NCBI GenBank assembly: GCA_964016885.1
Contig: OZ024740.1
Span: forward strand, 374,666,001 to 374,730,000
Length of the DNA: 64,000 nucleotides
Direction: 5' to 3'
DNA from: Eledone cirrhosa
Taxonomy: Eukaryota
The notes under the pieces were generated by a model, which was given only the letters and a program-made list of their open reading frames with translations, did no database searches and was not told the origin of the DNA. Below are positions 39,795 through 54,238 of the stretch, piece after piece. Both the position numbers and the translations under genes were made by a program. Position 1 is the first letter of the stretch. Every line of letters begins with the position of its first letter.

Positions 39795-41975
39795 ATGCGA
39801 AAACACAACATCGACTTCTCTACCAAGAACATCCCAATCCCACCGAAAAAACTTTATCTTCGGATGCTCACGCAAAAAATCGATCTATTTGCAAAAAGAC
39901 TTAGATGGAGAACCTTCTTCTACAACAGATATTGCGACAATCAGGACTTCGGCACCAAGGAGAGATTCGGATTTATTACCTACAAATCTCCCCATCCCCC
40001 GAACCCTTTGCTCTCACCCTTCGAGAATGACCTCTTCCAAATGGTCAAGAACATCAATTTCAAACCCAGACAACCGATTCCTACAAAAACTCTGTAGCAA
40101 CTTAACAGAGTATGATAACACCAATGAGATCATGGTGCATTCGGATAAAACTGGGAACCTATAATTTGTCAACCCTGACAGATACCACACACTGATCAGG
40201 AGCAGCCTAAACTCCACCTATAAAAAGGCCAATCACTCATGGATCGAGGACATAAATCGAGATGGACAACAAATTATCTCCAGCCTCGGGGTCGCCGACC
40301 AAACGGAACCCCTAGACCCACGGACACCCTACTTCACACTGAAAGACCATAAATCCGATTTCGACCGTAAACCCTCTATCAGGCTTATTAAACTAAGGAA
40401 GTCCGACATCGGGAGAATCAGCAAAAAAATCCTAGACCGCGTGATAACAAAAGTCAAGCAACACGCCCGACTTAGCCTATGGATCAACACCCAGGATCAA
40501 CATATCATGGTTCAGCATCATGGTTCAGCAATATGGAGGATAAACAAGACACTAAATTCATCGAGTTGACATAGAGAGCTACTATGCTTCAATCACCTTA
40601 CCGCTACTTACTGCTGCCTTGGACTTCGCCGAAGCACTTGTGCCCATCACCGACCAGGAAAGAAAAATCATCCGCCACGCCAGGAAGACAGTCTTACTCT
40701 TTGACAATTCCAAATGGATAAAAAGAGCTCCCGACTCACCCTTCGACGTCAGCATGGGCGCTACGGATTCGGCGGAAGTCACAGATCTTATAGGATTATT
40801 CCTAATAGCCAAACTCACCGATACGTTTCCTGCATTCGGTGGTGGATTATACCGTGATGATGGGCTCCTTACCCTTAAAGGGTAGACCCCAGTAGTACAG
40901 ATCGGGTCCGGAAACAATTAATCAGCTTCTTCCGCGACTGGGGATTTAAAATAACCCTACAAACGTCCCTGACCCGAGTAAACTTCCTGGACGTTAACCT
41001 CGACATCGAAAACGACATGTACTACCCATACAGGAAACCTAATGACAACCTGCACTTCATTCACCGCCGTTCAAACCATCCTAGGAACATCATCAACAAC
41101 CTGGTCAAAAACATCTCCCTCCGCATATCCCGTTTGTCAGCTAATGAGCAGATATTCGATGAACATGCGCCTTATTACAATCAGGCCCTCAGGCGGAGTG
41201 GTTTCCGGGAGGAAATATCCTACTGTTCAGCTCCCATTAGCGGAACCAGCAGGCGACACCGCCGCTAACGCAATGTAACATGGTTCAATCCTCCACACAA
41301 GGCAGAGGTGACAACTCCCATCGGGAAGATTTTCTTTAGGCTCATTGAAAACACTTCCCACTACAACACCGCTACCACAACATAATTAACAAAAATACCA
41401 TCAAACTCTCTTACAGCACTACACCAAACTTCGCACAAAACATCGTCTCCGCCAACAACAAAAAAGTCAACCCCGATGTAAGAAATAACCTAAATAGCAG
41501 TGGGGAGCAGACCAGGAGGTGCAACTGTCCTGATAGATCTATTTACCCCTCCACAACAGATGCAGAGAGCGTAATGTGATCTACCAGTGCAACGTGCAAC
41601 GTGAAGACGGACACCTCCAACAGAGCTTATATAGGATTAACCGCATGTGACTTCAAGACCCGGCCTTACCAACACATACGTACCTTTCGAAACCCGGCCC
41701 GGCGTCACGCCACTACACTTTCGGGCCACATATGGGACCTCAAGGGCAACAACATCACATATGATCTCACTTGGAGATTACTGTCCAGGGCCAACTCTTA
41801 CACGGGAGGACGCCGTCCGTGCAATTTATGCTCGGAGGAAACTGTACAAATGCTGTTTTCAACGGACCAACTCCTAAACAAGAAAGATGAACTGGTTACT
41901 GCATGTAAACACAGATTGCGTAGGACTTAACTCGCCCTCAAACCCCAAAACGACCCGGGGGGTTAGACTAGGGCT
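39795..41975 (+). pseudogene. PLE RT-GIY-YIG ORF disrupted by stops and frameshifts
   Basis: ORF pieces 39648..40097, 39889..40164, 40619..40885 (YRDD), 41017..41268 and 41601..41930. Confidence 0.92.
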
Positions 41976-42735
41976 ATAACACCACACTTGCCGATTGTGT
42001 AATGGGTAACCCCTGCTTGCCAAGTGAGACGTAATATCTAATTTTATATTCTTTTATCGCTTCCTCTATATTTCCTTCTTCCCCCATCCCTCCCTAGTCC
42101 TTCTACCCCAGTCCTTTTTCTTTGTCGGCGTCTTTTTCTCGCCCACCCGAGGTAGCCCCTCGGCCCCTTGTAACCTCAGTACCTCCACCCCCTCCCCTAG
42201 TCTATGTTAGATTTGGCGGACTCCGCTTTCTATAGCAGTTGTGTTAGACCGCGGATACTTGCCCCCTTATCCGATGCTCCCCCTTTTTTCCGTGCCTTCT
42301 ATATTTCTTAGTGGCATCTCTGCTTTATTTCTCGTTTATTCAGTTTTTCTTTCTTCTCTTTTCTTTTGGGCGGGGTGGATTCTGAATTAATTTTCCGTAT
42401 TCTACTTTTACTTCTTACGAACTTTCATGTAGCTTGTATAAGAACTTTTGTAGCGTGGCGGTACCCTTAGAGTTAGCATTAGTATATTTTTTTCGGGACT
42501 CTGAATTATTATTTCGTACTAGTTTACTTTTCTGCACTGGGTGGTTGCTGGCCTTGTGCCCGGGGTAGAAACCTTTATTAATTATTTCGTGGGAGTTTCT
42601 TTAGTATTTTGGCCCCCCTTTGTTGACCCGTCACTCTATGATATACGTACTTATACCTCTTTAAAGGGTCCTTTCCTATTCCCTCCCACCTAGTTTATTT
42701 ATTTATTTTTTTTATTTCTTCATCTATTTATTCAT

Positions 42736-42770
<35 letters not shown>

Positions 42771-43084
42771 GCCTAGCAATAGCGATAGACTTAGGTCGTA
42801 GAAATTGCATATTTTATTTTTTTTCTTTACATTTATTCGCTTCACTCTCAGTATATTTTTACCCTTCATTGTTTTACTTACCGTTTCGACACCCTCCCCC
42901 TCCCCAGTATCTTCTTTGACCTCACGCCCAGCTGTAGCCGGCACCACCAACGCATGAATGGGTCTACTCCACCCCCTCCCCTTTTTCTCCTACTGGCATG
43001 TTTAGCTACCTCTTCCCCACTAATTTTCCATCACAGAATTAATTAACAATAGCATTTATTTATTAACAATAGCATTATTAATTA

Positions 43085-45900
43085 TCAATTAACGGTTTCA
43101 GCATTTTATGCATTTAAATTATGTGAGTGGGAGAGAAAAAATGGGGAATGTGTATTGGTATAAAATGTATGAAACAAAATAAGGTGATGTTGAACATGCT
43201 ATTGAAATGCGAAAGAAAGATTAATATTATTTACAAACAAGGTTTTTGAAGTCAAAAGAAGGGTGATGTGGACCATGATAACGTAATGAGAAAGAATGGA
43301 TAATATTATTTACAAGCATGGTTTATTAGGATAAGCAGTTCAAGAAATGTTATTATGGCAAGATCGCTTAAAGAATTGATCGATTATGGAGGCAAATGGC
43401 CGTCTGGGATTGTATGTGTTTTCCCTTTTTAGAGAATTAATATGCAGGGCGAGGCAACTCAGTGTGATCGAGTAGGAGAAAGAGAGGAGACGGAGTAATT
43501 TATTTATATAAGGTAAAGGATTAGGTAAGGTTTGAGGACGGTAACACTTTAGAGAAAGTAGGGATTTGGGACTATGGTTCATTGTTCGTTCCAGTTTTAG
43601 TTTAGTCCGAAGTTTAGTCTATTAAGTAGACATTGGAATTTGTTAATGAAGTACGTTTCCTTATTAGTACGATGGATGAAATAAGCATGGTCTATGAATT
43701 TGTATATGTGGAAAATTCTAAAGTTTGGTGGTTGGTTAGGTGCGCAATTGGCGATATGTTCACTAAAAGCAATCTTTCTGTATTCCTGTATTTTGATTTG
43801 TGATCTATGGATGGTCATACGTTGTCGGAGGCTGTTTATCGTCTTTCTTATGTAGTGCTCTGGACAACCTGAACAGGTCAACACATAGATTAGGTTTTCA
43901 GATGCACATGTAAAGTTGTATTTAACTCTGAATTCTTGTCCTTGTTTAAAGTGGAATGTTGAATCTTCTATTAGATATATGCATATATACAACAGTTGGG
44001 TCTTCCGCAATTTTTTATTGTAGGGTTCATTGTGAGTGTTGGTTGGATTTTGGCTTGTGTGAGGGTGTTTTTTATGGATTTAGGTTGTCTTTTGCTATTT
44101 ATGATGCTGTGTGTTTGGAGGATTTTATTCATTCTTAGGTCTCTTTTTAATAAAGGAATGTTCTGGAGGATGGTGTCGAATGCTTCATTGTTGAGGGGGT
44201 TGTGTGTGGAGATGTATGGTAGCGCTTTTTGTTTCGCTTCATTCCTCGGGTTGGGGCGTCCGAGTTCCTGGATGTTGAGTTTTAGGGCACGTTGGAATCC
44301 ATTGTAGATTAGGGATGGTGGGTAGTTTCTGCTGATAAGTGTGTTCTTTAATTCTTCTGGTCGTGTGTAGAATTGTGTATTTATCTGAAATTATTGTGCA
44401 GATCCTTCTGGCTAGGTTATAAGGAATTGTCATTTTGGCATGGTGAAGGTGGCACGTGTTAAATGGAAGATATTGTTTGGATTCTGTGGGTTTATAGTAT
44501 ATGTCTGTTTCTATTTTGTTGTTTGTTTTCTTGATGAGGATGTCAAGGAAAGGGAGTTGCTCATGGATGTATTCCATTGTAAATTGAATGTTTGTGTTGA
44601 GTCCATTTAGAAGTGTTTTAAACTCAATCGTCCAGATATTTTCATGCAGTCGTCCAGATATCTCTTCCAGTTTTTTTTCTATGTGTAGTTAGAAGTGGTT
44701 TCCGTATTTGTTTAGAACTTTTCAGTAGAAAGTAGTTTCCAAATATCCCATGACAAGGTTGGCGTATGAGGGGGCTACCTTCGTGCCCATGGCAGTTCCA
44801 GATTAGTGTCTGTAGTATTTGGCATCGAATTTGAAGACGTTATTTTCCAAGATGAATTTGAGGCCCTCCATCACAAATTCTTTAGGGATGCGCTGTGGAA
44901 GTTCATTATGGAAATGTTCAATCCAGAATTGTATTGCCTCTATACCTAGGTTATGTGGGATATTGGATTATAGATTGATGACATCAAAAGTTGCTAGTAG
45001 GGTGTGTTTATTATTAAGTGTTGTTGGGAGGTGGTTGAGCATGTCCAGGTCTCCCTTATGAAACATTTTATGTGTTTTAGGATAGGTTTAAACAGAATAT
45101 CTTGGAATTTGCTTAGGCGATGGATTTCACATGTTGTACCTGCTATTATTGGTCTTAATCTGAGGTCATCAGGAGGGGGATATTGATGTAAATGTCTGTG
45201 GTTTGCTTGCAGGCCCTACCTATTACTTCGCTTTTGTGTGTCTTTGGGATACCGTAGAAAAGGCTGGTTCTGCTTTTGAAATTGGTGATGTAGTTGTATT
45301 CCTTGTCTGTAAGGCCTTCTTTGCAAAGGGTTGTTAGGGATTTTAGGTTTCTCATTATTTTCTGTTGCGTGTACTGCTGGGCCTTTTCGTAATGTTTCGT
45401 TTTTTAGAGTTGAGAGTACTAGAGTCGTGTATTAATCTGTCCTCATAAGGACTACAGCACTTCCTTTAGCCGCCTTTTTGATTGTTAGAGTTTTGTCGTT
45501 CAAGAGACTGTTAAGAACATTCCATTTCTTTTTTGCTTAGGTTTGGCTTTTGTTTATGTCTGTGTAGGTGGTGGTATGGATAATTAGTAATTTGTTCGCA
45601 GAATTGATCGAGGTATTTGTTCTTGCCTCTTGGTGGGGTGCAGTTGCTTCTATTTCTGGCTATTGAGTCAACCTCATGGTATTTGTCGTGTAGTTGCTCG
45701 CTGAGTCTTAGTTTTCTACAGAATTTTGCAATATCTTCCTTCATTTCGGGGTTGTTTGGTCGTTGGGGAGTTGGTGTAAATTTCAGACTTTTGGAGAGTA
45801 TATTGATCTGGTCTGTTGTTAATTCTTTAGGGGGTAAAATAAAGATTTTTATTACATTTGGTGTCTCCTGTGTGTTTTGTGTTATCTTGTTAATATGTGT
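43085..45900 (-). mobile_element. Decayed near full-length Neptune-like PLE
   Basis: Minus-strand pieces: DIAKFCRKLRL, FYGIPKTHK, GTAMGTKVAPSYANLVMGYL (~44740-44800), RYLDDC (~44650), LPFLDI..DIYYKPT, FTCASENLIYVLTCSGCPEHYI (43597..44010). Decayed HHR (tgcat aaa atgc t gaaaccg) at 43088-43120. Confidence 0.9.
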
Positions 45901-47029
45901 CTGTGTGCTACGTCCAAAAAATGATATCTATTCAAGTAAAGAAACGTTGATTATTCAAATATTCTAACGACTGTAGTCATGAGGAGACATAAAGCACTCT
46001 ACAACTTATCTTACTAAAACTATTATCAATAATGTATCTATTATTGTCAAAATTATCAAGAGAGACGGTTTTAAATCTACAACCTCTATTTATTACATAA
46101 TATTGGTATACGTATTTCAAAGATATTGCCCTTTAACGTTTTCCCATCAGGCAGATGTAAAGTTGTAATGCTTTGGCTTCGAAAAGCATATGATATAACT
46201 GACTGTTTTTGTAGACAGTCAGATGGCAGTAAACAAATGAGCAGTAAACAAATGTAAACAATTACTAAAAGGGTCAGTTTGTTTCATATATGTTACAAAA
46301 TTAGTCTGAATAATTTACCTTGTTTTAATTTTATCTTCTGGCGTGGTATTCATATTCTATGACTCGACAGTATTAAAGAAAGAGACGCGCTGAAAGACTT
46401 TTAGGTTTAGTGATTATGTAAAAGTCTTCATGGAGGTGAAGGAATATGCTAACTATATAATCTAAGGAATGTTTTATATATCGTATGCCTATATGAATTA
46501 AAGAGGTCTGAGTGTTTGTTAAATTTCTGGTGTCTCCTATTAATGATGTGTAGAGTTTCTGTAGTGGCTCAATTTTGCAACCGCGTGAAAGCGATCCACT
46601 AATATGTGGAAGGCGTATTGTATACGATTCTGCTTCACCCTCCATATAAGCTTGGATACTGTCTTGCTTCGTCTTTTAATGATCCGGTTAAAGAGGTAGT
46701 GATGATTGTACCCTCTGTTCTTAAAGCTGGACGCTATTGCACCGATGTAGATTTACGTTGCTTCCCTAGTGGTACACTACATTCGTATATTATATTTTTT
46801 CGGAGGCATTTATTCTGCATACGGCAGTTGACTGGAATCATGCAGTTACACTCGATGATATTATCGCGTGTTGTGTTATGGTTATATCTATCTGAATGAT
46901 GCACTGTCTTCTGCGCATTATCGCAGCGGTGTCAATTCTATATATTATTATGTGTCAGTACTATGCTTCCATGATGGTTATGTGCTGTAGTGTGAGCGTT
47001 TGCTCAAGGAAGGGAATCTTTCCGAGCCG

Positions 47030-47529
47030 TGTAATACAATTGAATGTATGAGAGGGATGAACACCGCTATTTAATTGTAAAAAACTATTTTGAGTTTCTA
47101 ACTCAATATATGATATTCTCGAGTCCATACATGGAGCTAACTTTAGTACCATAAAACCGGCTGCTATTTTTAGCGACATGAGTATGAGACGCGCCAGGCG
47201 CTGTAACATGTGCGTTTATATCAACACATAGTTCAGTCTTCTTAGATCTTTTGAAGTGAAAGGTACGAATTTCCGGGATACCCGCAGAAGAGCACAGGAA
47301 TGGTTGCTTTCACTTAATAATTGTGGCGAAACAGATTTAGATCTGCCCGCGCATCAAACGGCAGTTGCCCGATATAGGTTTGTTATTTTCATTGATTTAT
47401 TACTTTATATCGAGACAGGCAAACCATATTGTTTTAAATTAGTATTTTTTTCAACCTAGCTAACTTGGTAATTTGCAATTCGAACACATTTATACTTGTA
47501 TCGGTGTTCATCCCTCTCATATATTCAAT

Positions 47530-47535
<6 letters not shown>
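47030..47535. repeat. Short inverted repeat (47030-47067 / 47502-47535) enclosing a decayed HHR-like motif at 47281-47350
   Basis: acaattgaatgtatgagagggatgaacaccg vs cggtgttcatccctctcatatattcaattgt. Motif ccg|cagaaga|gcaca...tgtggc|gaaac agat ttag atct gcc has two core changes. Confidence 0.5.
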
Positions 47536-47608
<73 letters not shown>

Positions 47609-49140
47609 TGAACATAGAGGGATTACAATGATGCTACAGTTTTGATAATAATATCTTTATGATGTGAGATCTTATAGAAATGATATAACTTACAACGCAT
47701 TGTATCCCGTAAATGGTTCCTATACATATAGTTAATTTATATAGTCGTCGAGGCGGACTTATATTATCTGTGATAGTATAAACATCTGTTCTTCATGTTA
47801 AATTCTCAATTTCAACGTCCATTCTTCAAGCCTATATCCTAGAAAATTAACGTCATCGATTTGATAGAACTGCAGAATTCATTAATAAGAAAAAGAATAC
47901 CCTTATAAATATTCTTTTATGTTAGGAATTACTTCGTAGCACTCAATTATACGTATCGCCTAAGCCACATAAGGTTGAGATCACTTACCAGGAGAATCAT
48001 ATAAGAATGACAAAATCCATTGTAAAGGTGTCATTGAAACGATCACCTTAATCAAACGGTACAGGCATCGAGTAATCAAATCTTGTAACACACAAGTCGA
48101 TAAATTGCCTATTGCTCTCAAACGTCTTATAGGTATCATTACCTTAGATGACATTCAGCACTTTGAACTAGATTACCATCATTCATTTTGATTTCGCCCT
48201 TCATTGATGGTGTCAAGAAATAAATAGAATTTAATCAGGAAGCAGTTGAAAACAGAAACTTCAATAAGAATGGAGTAACTATTTAATGTAAGTTATAATT
48301 GTTAGCAATATGTTCTTTTCTAAAAATATTTGGTTGTTGGATCAAACGTCTGGCATGACAAACATGAAATGTCTTTACTTTCGTATGTGGAAAACGCTGT
48401 CGGTTAAAGGAATACGCTAAGAAATTTACAACGGACAGTCTACGAAAATACAATAGATTTTATATCAAGAATTATGAGTAGGCACACATATCCAATATCA
48501 ATCTCTTTTAACATCGTGTCATGTCCGTCCGTCTATGGTATGAGTAGTTATTTAACAAATTGCATAGCTACTTGTTGAAAGAAGGTGCACGCGGTTGATG
48601 TTTCCAGAGACACCCGTGCACCTAAAACGGATATCAGACTAAATCTAAGGGACGAAAATTGCCAAAGCTGGAGCTTTGGATTCTATGTTGAAACAGTAAG
48701 TTCAAACCAATTACTTCAATGGAAATATAAAAATCAATGTTGTCCTATGCAGTATTTGAACTCATATAGCATAAACTAATAACACAAAGAATTCTAACAA
48801 ATGAGTTAATGTTTCAGTCAAGTCCCCGATCTACAATAGTAGCAGGTTACTATCAATCATTTCTAGTTGGTAAAGAAAATAAATAACTGATGTCTTTAGA
48901 AGCCCACATAAAGATGTTGTTAGTTATATATAAAATCTGCGTGCAGTTGACTTGAACGTGTATGTAGAAGGGTTCAGCATTTGAAAATATTATGTTATGG
49001 AAGCATAAATAATATTGCAATCCATTTAGGATTTTCCATTACTTTAGTAGCAATGGTAAACATATATCGATGAGAGATTCTCTCTAAAATAATTCAAGTG
49101 TATATAATGATTAATAGATCAATGTTATATATATATATAT

Positions 49141-49717
49141 CATTTACACAGACGAGAAAACTATATATTCTCGCCTGTTTTCAGGTTCAGCAGTTGCAAG
49201 AGCGCCAGGGATCCTCCTGATGATAACCAGTTCAGTTCGAAATGCGTCGACGGTTGGCCCCATACTTCTGCTGGACGTCGCCAGGTGGCGACAACTTCCT
49301 GTGCTTTTGTATAGCTACGGCTTTCTAAATGTGTATATATGAATATACCGTGTTTCGTTCGAAATACAAAATTCTAATATTGTTTGTATACAGCTATGCT
49401 AGAAGCTAAATTCTAATTTCGTTCTATCCCAATTTGAGACAACTTATACAGCCTCATTTGTAAGTGAGATTAATCACCTCATTTACACAGGCGAGAAAAC
49501 TATATATTCTCGCCTGTTTTCAAGTCCAATAGGTGCGAGGGCAGGAGGAATTGTCCTGATGAGTACCAGTTCAGTTCCAAATGCCTCGACCATTGCCTCA
49601 CTTCTTCCTGCTGGACACACCCAGGTGGTAATAGCCACCTGTGTTTCTGCATAGCTACGGTTTTCAAAATGTTTACTTATAAACATACCGTATTTCTGTA
49701 GAAATACGAAATTCCAG

Positions 49718-49718
<1 letters not shown>
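49141..49718 (+). mobile_element. Diverged tandem of a 339-bp HHR-bearing unit (retrozyme-like)
   Basis: catttacacag.cgagaaaactatatattctcgcctg at 49141 and 49480; ctgatga at 49217 and 49556; flanked by (TA)n. Confidence 0.82.
49213..49252 (+). ncRNA. Hammerhead motif
   Basis: ctc|ctgatga|taac cagttca gttc|gaaat gc gtc|gac. The sister copy at 49552-49592 has a better stem I (gtc/gac) but a damaged GAAA and cleavage triplet. Confidence 0.72.
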
Positions 49719-49754
<36 letters not shown>

Positions 49755-50466
49755 ATGTATGGATATATAATGAGAGGTACACAAATATATGTGTATACAT
49801 ACATATACATGCATATATACACATACATTTTTCACAAGTATGTGAGATTGTGTGTTGTCGATCTTATCCAGTGTTGCTCTATGATTATGAGAGACAAGAT
49901 AATTGGAATAATTAAATTGACTCTATATCAGAGCTATGTAATATATTATAAAGTAAGAAGATATATTAGACATAAATAAATACCCATTTGTGTGTCTGTG
50001 GGTCTAGAAACGGGCCACTGGGATGTTGGAATGCAGGCTTTTAAATTAGCCATTCTGGTACACTTCTTTCCATTCAATTATTGATCATAGGTTTTAATTG
50101 CCCTACAATGGATGAATGATAATCTCAGTTATATGCCCGTTTCTCCCAAATATCATAATTGAATAATAAATTTGTTCAGCTAGCCCATCTATATTTTGAC
50201 ATGTTCTATTCAGAAAAGAGTAAGTAAAATACTAAGCCTAAATATTACACAATACAGTCCACATTCACGCTAAAGTATGTTACAGCTGACAACCACATGC
50301 GACTATTTCGACCGCTCTGTTTATAAACTACAATGCTACTATTCTTTCCATCTCATTACACCGTGAATAGTTCAATCACTAAATGTCCTAAAACACATAT
50401 TATATATATATATACATGCGTGTATCTGTGTGTGTGTGGGTGTGTGGGTATGTGGGTGTGTATGTA

Positions 50467-50530
<64 letters not shown>

Positions 50531-51424
50531 ACCGTTGTACAAGTTATGAAATTAGAATGTATATTACCATAATGTTGACACCTTCAATGCACGGTTTCAC
50601 TATGAAATATGGTATTAGTTCGGAATATAAGCCCAGTTCTGAATATCCCGTTTATTTTCAATCTAATTCAATAAGAATACATTGTCTAAAGTATGTTTCC
50701 TTTCTTTTTATGGAGGTTTTGGCTGCTATATCTAACAGATATAATATCATTCTATAGGATCAATTTGGCTTATTGCCAACGATAATTTAATAATAACGAT
50801 AAACATATTTTCACTTGATATTTTAATTAGTGAAATAAATTGTGTTATGCCAAAAATTCCAAGGAATTACCTTTCAAAAATATCATATAAAAATTCTGTC
50901 AAAATATATGATACGTATATGACGAATTTTGGTAATTGCCAAAATATTTCATTAATTTATTCTCGAAGGTAATAATTTCCGATTTTATTTTATTAAAAAT
51001 CAATAAACTATTTAAAGTTTATGTATCACAATCTCTATATTACAAACTATATTGATTCAAGTAATGTTAATAGTGAAAATAATATATCAATATAGTATTT
51101 TGAAAGGACATAAAGATGGACATGTATAACGTTTTATGTATGAGATAGCTTCATATCAGCGCAACGTGCCAAATTTGTAAAACTTGTATATATTAAGAAT
51201 TTTCAAATCCCAATATTCATTATAGGTACGTACATATGTTTATATGTGTATATGTATTGGTAATGAACATGATTACTAAACATAACATTTACAAACTTGG
51301 TATGCTACGGGCATGAATACTATATATATATGTACACAAAAACATACACTCGGACAGACACACACAAAAATGAAACGCACACACACACGCAGACACACAC
51401 ACACACACACACACACATACACAA

Positions 51425-51472
<48 letters not shown>

Positions 51473-51505
51473 ATATTTGGGGAGGGTCATATTTCTAAAT
51501 CAAAC

Positions 51506-52609
51506 TTGTTTGATTTAGAACGTAGCACGATGGAAAGCATCCAGCAGATAGCTAATTCCATACACCAGAGTATAACTGTAACTATAGACTTCCCTTCCAA
51601 ACACCCTAACAATAGACTACCTGTATTAGACACAGAACTCTGGATTAACACTATAGACGAGAGAGCCCAAATTCTCCACTCACACTATGCTAAACCCATG
51701 GCCTCCAAATACCTGATACTCAAAAACTCAGCAATGTCCAGTAGTGCTAAGTTTAATATTCTGATCGCAGATTTGGTACGAGTGATGAAGAATGTGTCCA
51801 GCATGTGCGACCCAACAGAAATGGAAGGACACATCCAACACTTCATCAACCGCATGCAGTTCTCTGGCTACAACCAAAGAGACAGAGTCAGAGTATACGA
51901 AGGAGCCATGGAAAAGTATAAGACCCTCATAGAACTGGACATGAAAGGAATTTGCCCACTATACAGGAGCAAATCATGGAATAGCTTAGATAGGGCTAGA
52001 CATAAGATAGGGAAGGCCACATCATGGTACGACAACCAGAGATATCAGAGTGTCATGTTTGTGGACGCCACCCCTGGAGGGAAATTAGCTAACCAGTGTA
52101 GAAAGGCCCTGAGAAAGACCCACTTAAAAATAAAGGTGGTAGAAAAGCCAGGAACCACCATAAAATCCCTGATCAGCAAAACCTACCCTTTTAAGAAAAC
52201 CCACTGTACCAATAGGAAATGTATCATATGTAAGGTGAACCCCTGGATAAACTGTAAGACTAGAAACGTAGTCTATAGCATAAGATGTACAGAGGGTACT
52301 TGCAGAAACACGACAACAACATACATAGGTGAGACAGCTCGTAGCATAGGTGAAAGGATAGACCAACACTGGGGGGAACTAAAAGGACGAAAAAACGGGT
52401 CAGTACTATACGAACATGCTAGACAACAACATGACGGTAACATAGACAACATAGAAATTAGAATAATATCTAAACATAGGAATGACCCAGCAGATAGGCA
52501 AATCAGAGAGGCCAGTGAAATAGAAATTAGAAGACCAAAGCTAAACAGAAAGAATGAGTGGAACAACAACAACACCCAAACAAACAACACTGACCTAAGA
52601 GAAGTATAA
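51506..52609 (+). CDS. PLE RT thumb + Cys-rich linker + GIY-YIG endonuclease (uninterrupted, 5'-truncated)
   Basis: 367 aa; LPVLDTELW, HYAKPMAS, CTNRKCIIC..C, NVVYSIRC..YIGETAR..ERIDQH, RQIREA, PKLN. Confidence 0.88.
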   Translation: MFDLERSTMESIQQIANSIHQSITVTIDFPSKHPNNRLPVLDTELWINTIDERAQILHSHYAKPMASKYLILKNSAMSSSAKFNILIADLVRVMKNVSSMCDPTEMEGHIQHFINRMQFSGYNQRDRVRVYEGAMEKYKTLIELDMKGICPLYRSKSWNSLDRARHKIGKATSWYDNQRYQSVMFVDATPGGKLANQCRKALRKTHLKIKVVEKPGTTIKSLISKTYPFKKTHCTNRKCIICKVNPWINCKTRNVVYSIRCTEGTCRNTTTTYIGETARSIGERIDQHWGELKGRKNGSVLYEHARQQHDGNIDNIEIRIISKHRNDPADRQIREASEIEIRRPKLNRKNEWNNNNTQTNNTDLREV

Positions 52610-52876
52610 ATAAATAAGTAAATTAAATAAAATAAAATAAGATAAATAAATACATACACAAGCACATAAACACACACTAGTCACCCAGCAGACACAACAC
52701 TATACACACTAGTCACACATCACACATAACACTATACACACACGCAAACGCATGCGCAAAGAAGACAAAATAAAATAAGATAAACAAACAAGCAAATAAA
52801 TAAATGAATATATAGACAGACTGAACAAAAAAAAATGGCGTAGACATACAACACAACAGGAGGAACAATGAATATA

Positions 52877-52920
52877 ACACCACTGACGATGTTGCAGATG
52901 TGCAACGAAAGATTTATGTA
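52877..52920 (+). ncRNA. Minimal PLE-type hammerhead in the 3' pLTR
   Basis: ca|ctgacga t|gttgca gatg tgcaac|gaaa gat tta|tg; stem I weak; about 275 nt after the stop, matching the position of the 27478 motif. Confidence 0.7.
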
Positions 52921-53194
52921 AATTATGTAAACTATATATATATGTGTTTGTCTATATTGTATCTGTATTATTTTTGACCGCCGGTCAGTCAATGGCAACA
53001 TTGAGGACCGAGTAAGTTAGATCGCAGATATATATATATAAAAGACAGTGAGATGCGAAAACCAACCAAACAGTGAGTGTGTTCTGTTATTAATTCTGGC
53101 AATATTACGCAAATATGACCCTCCCCAAATATAACAATATCTGTTTCGACACACGATTTCATATAAAAAACCTCGCAAAACTAATTCATCGCCG

Positions 53195-54111
<917 letters not shown>

Positions 54112-54199
54112 GAAATATAGATATGAAATAACATTATTCTTTCTGCACCATTTCTTTAACATATGCAACACCACCATTCTACACAAATACATATCACTA

Positions 54200-54238
54200 T
54201 CATTTGATAATGCATAAAAATGCTGAAACCGGTAATAT
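54200..54238 (+). ncRNA. Minimal hammerhead, U3-A8 variant
   Basis: at|ttgataa|t gcat aaaa atgc t|gaaac cg gta|at. Confidence 0.7.

Larger units (their letters stand above)
36767..43040 (+). mobile_element. Composite PLE insertion (YRDD/CxC lineage, tentatively Hydra clade): inverted pLTR + 5'-truncated copy + near-full copy
   Basis: 36767-37642 is the reverse complement of ~38780-39700. 37643-39470 duplicates ~41234-43040. Coding motifs SDKTGN, TLKDHK, MGATDSAE, GLYRDDGL, CNCPDRSICP, VIY..AYIG. Left end abuts (TA)n. Confidence 0.93.
51468..53140 (+). mobile_element. 5'-truncated PLE (same lineage as 27330-30230) with a short inverted terminal segment
   Basis: ttgttatatttggggagggtcatatt at 51468 is the reverse complement of aatatgaccctccccaaatataacaa at 53112-53137. 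Confidence 0.9.

Noticed and set aside
40582-40917. Antisense ORFs over PLE coding regions (also 62099..62776, 52273..52677, 28881..29186)
   Set aside because: These are shadow frames of RT/endonuclease coding sequence.
39795-41975. Selenocysteine read-through as in Naiad PLEs
   Set aside because: The endonuclease is C-terminal (not the Naiad order), and the disruptions I checked are TAA/TAG stops and frameshifts rather than conserved in-frame TGA.
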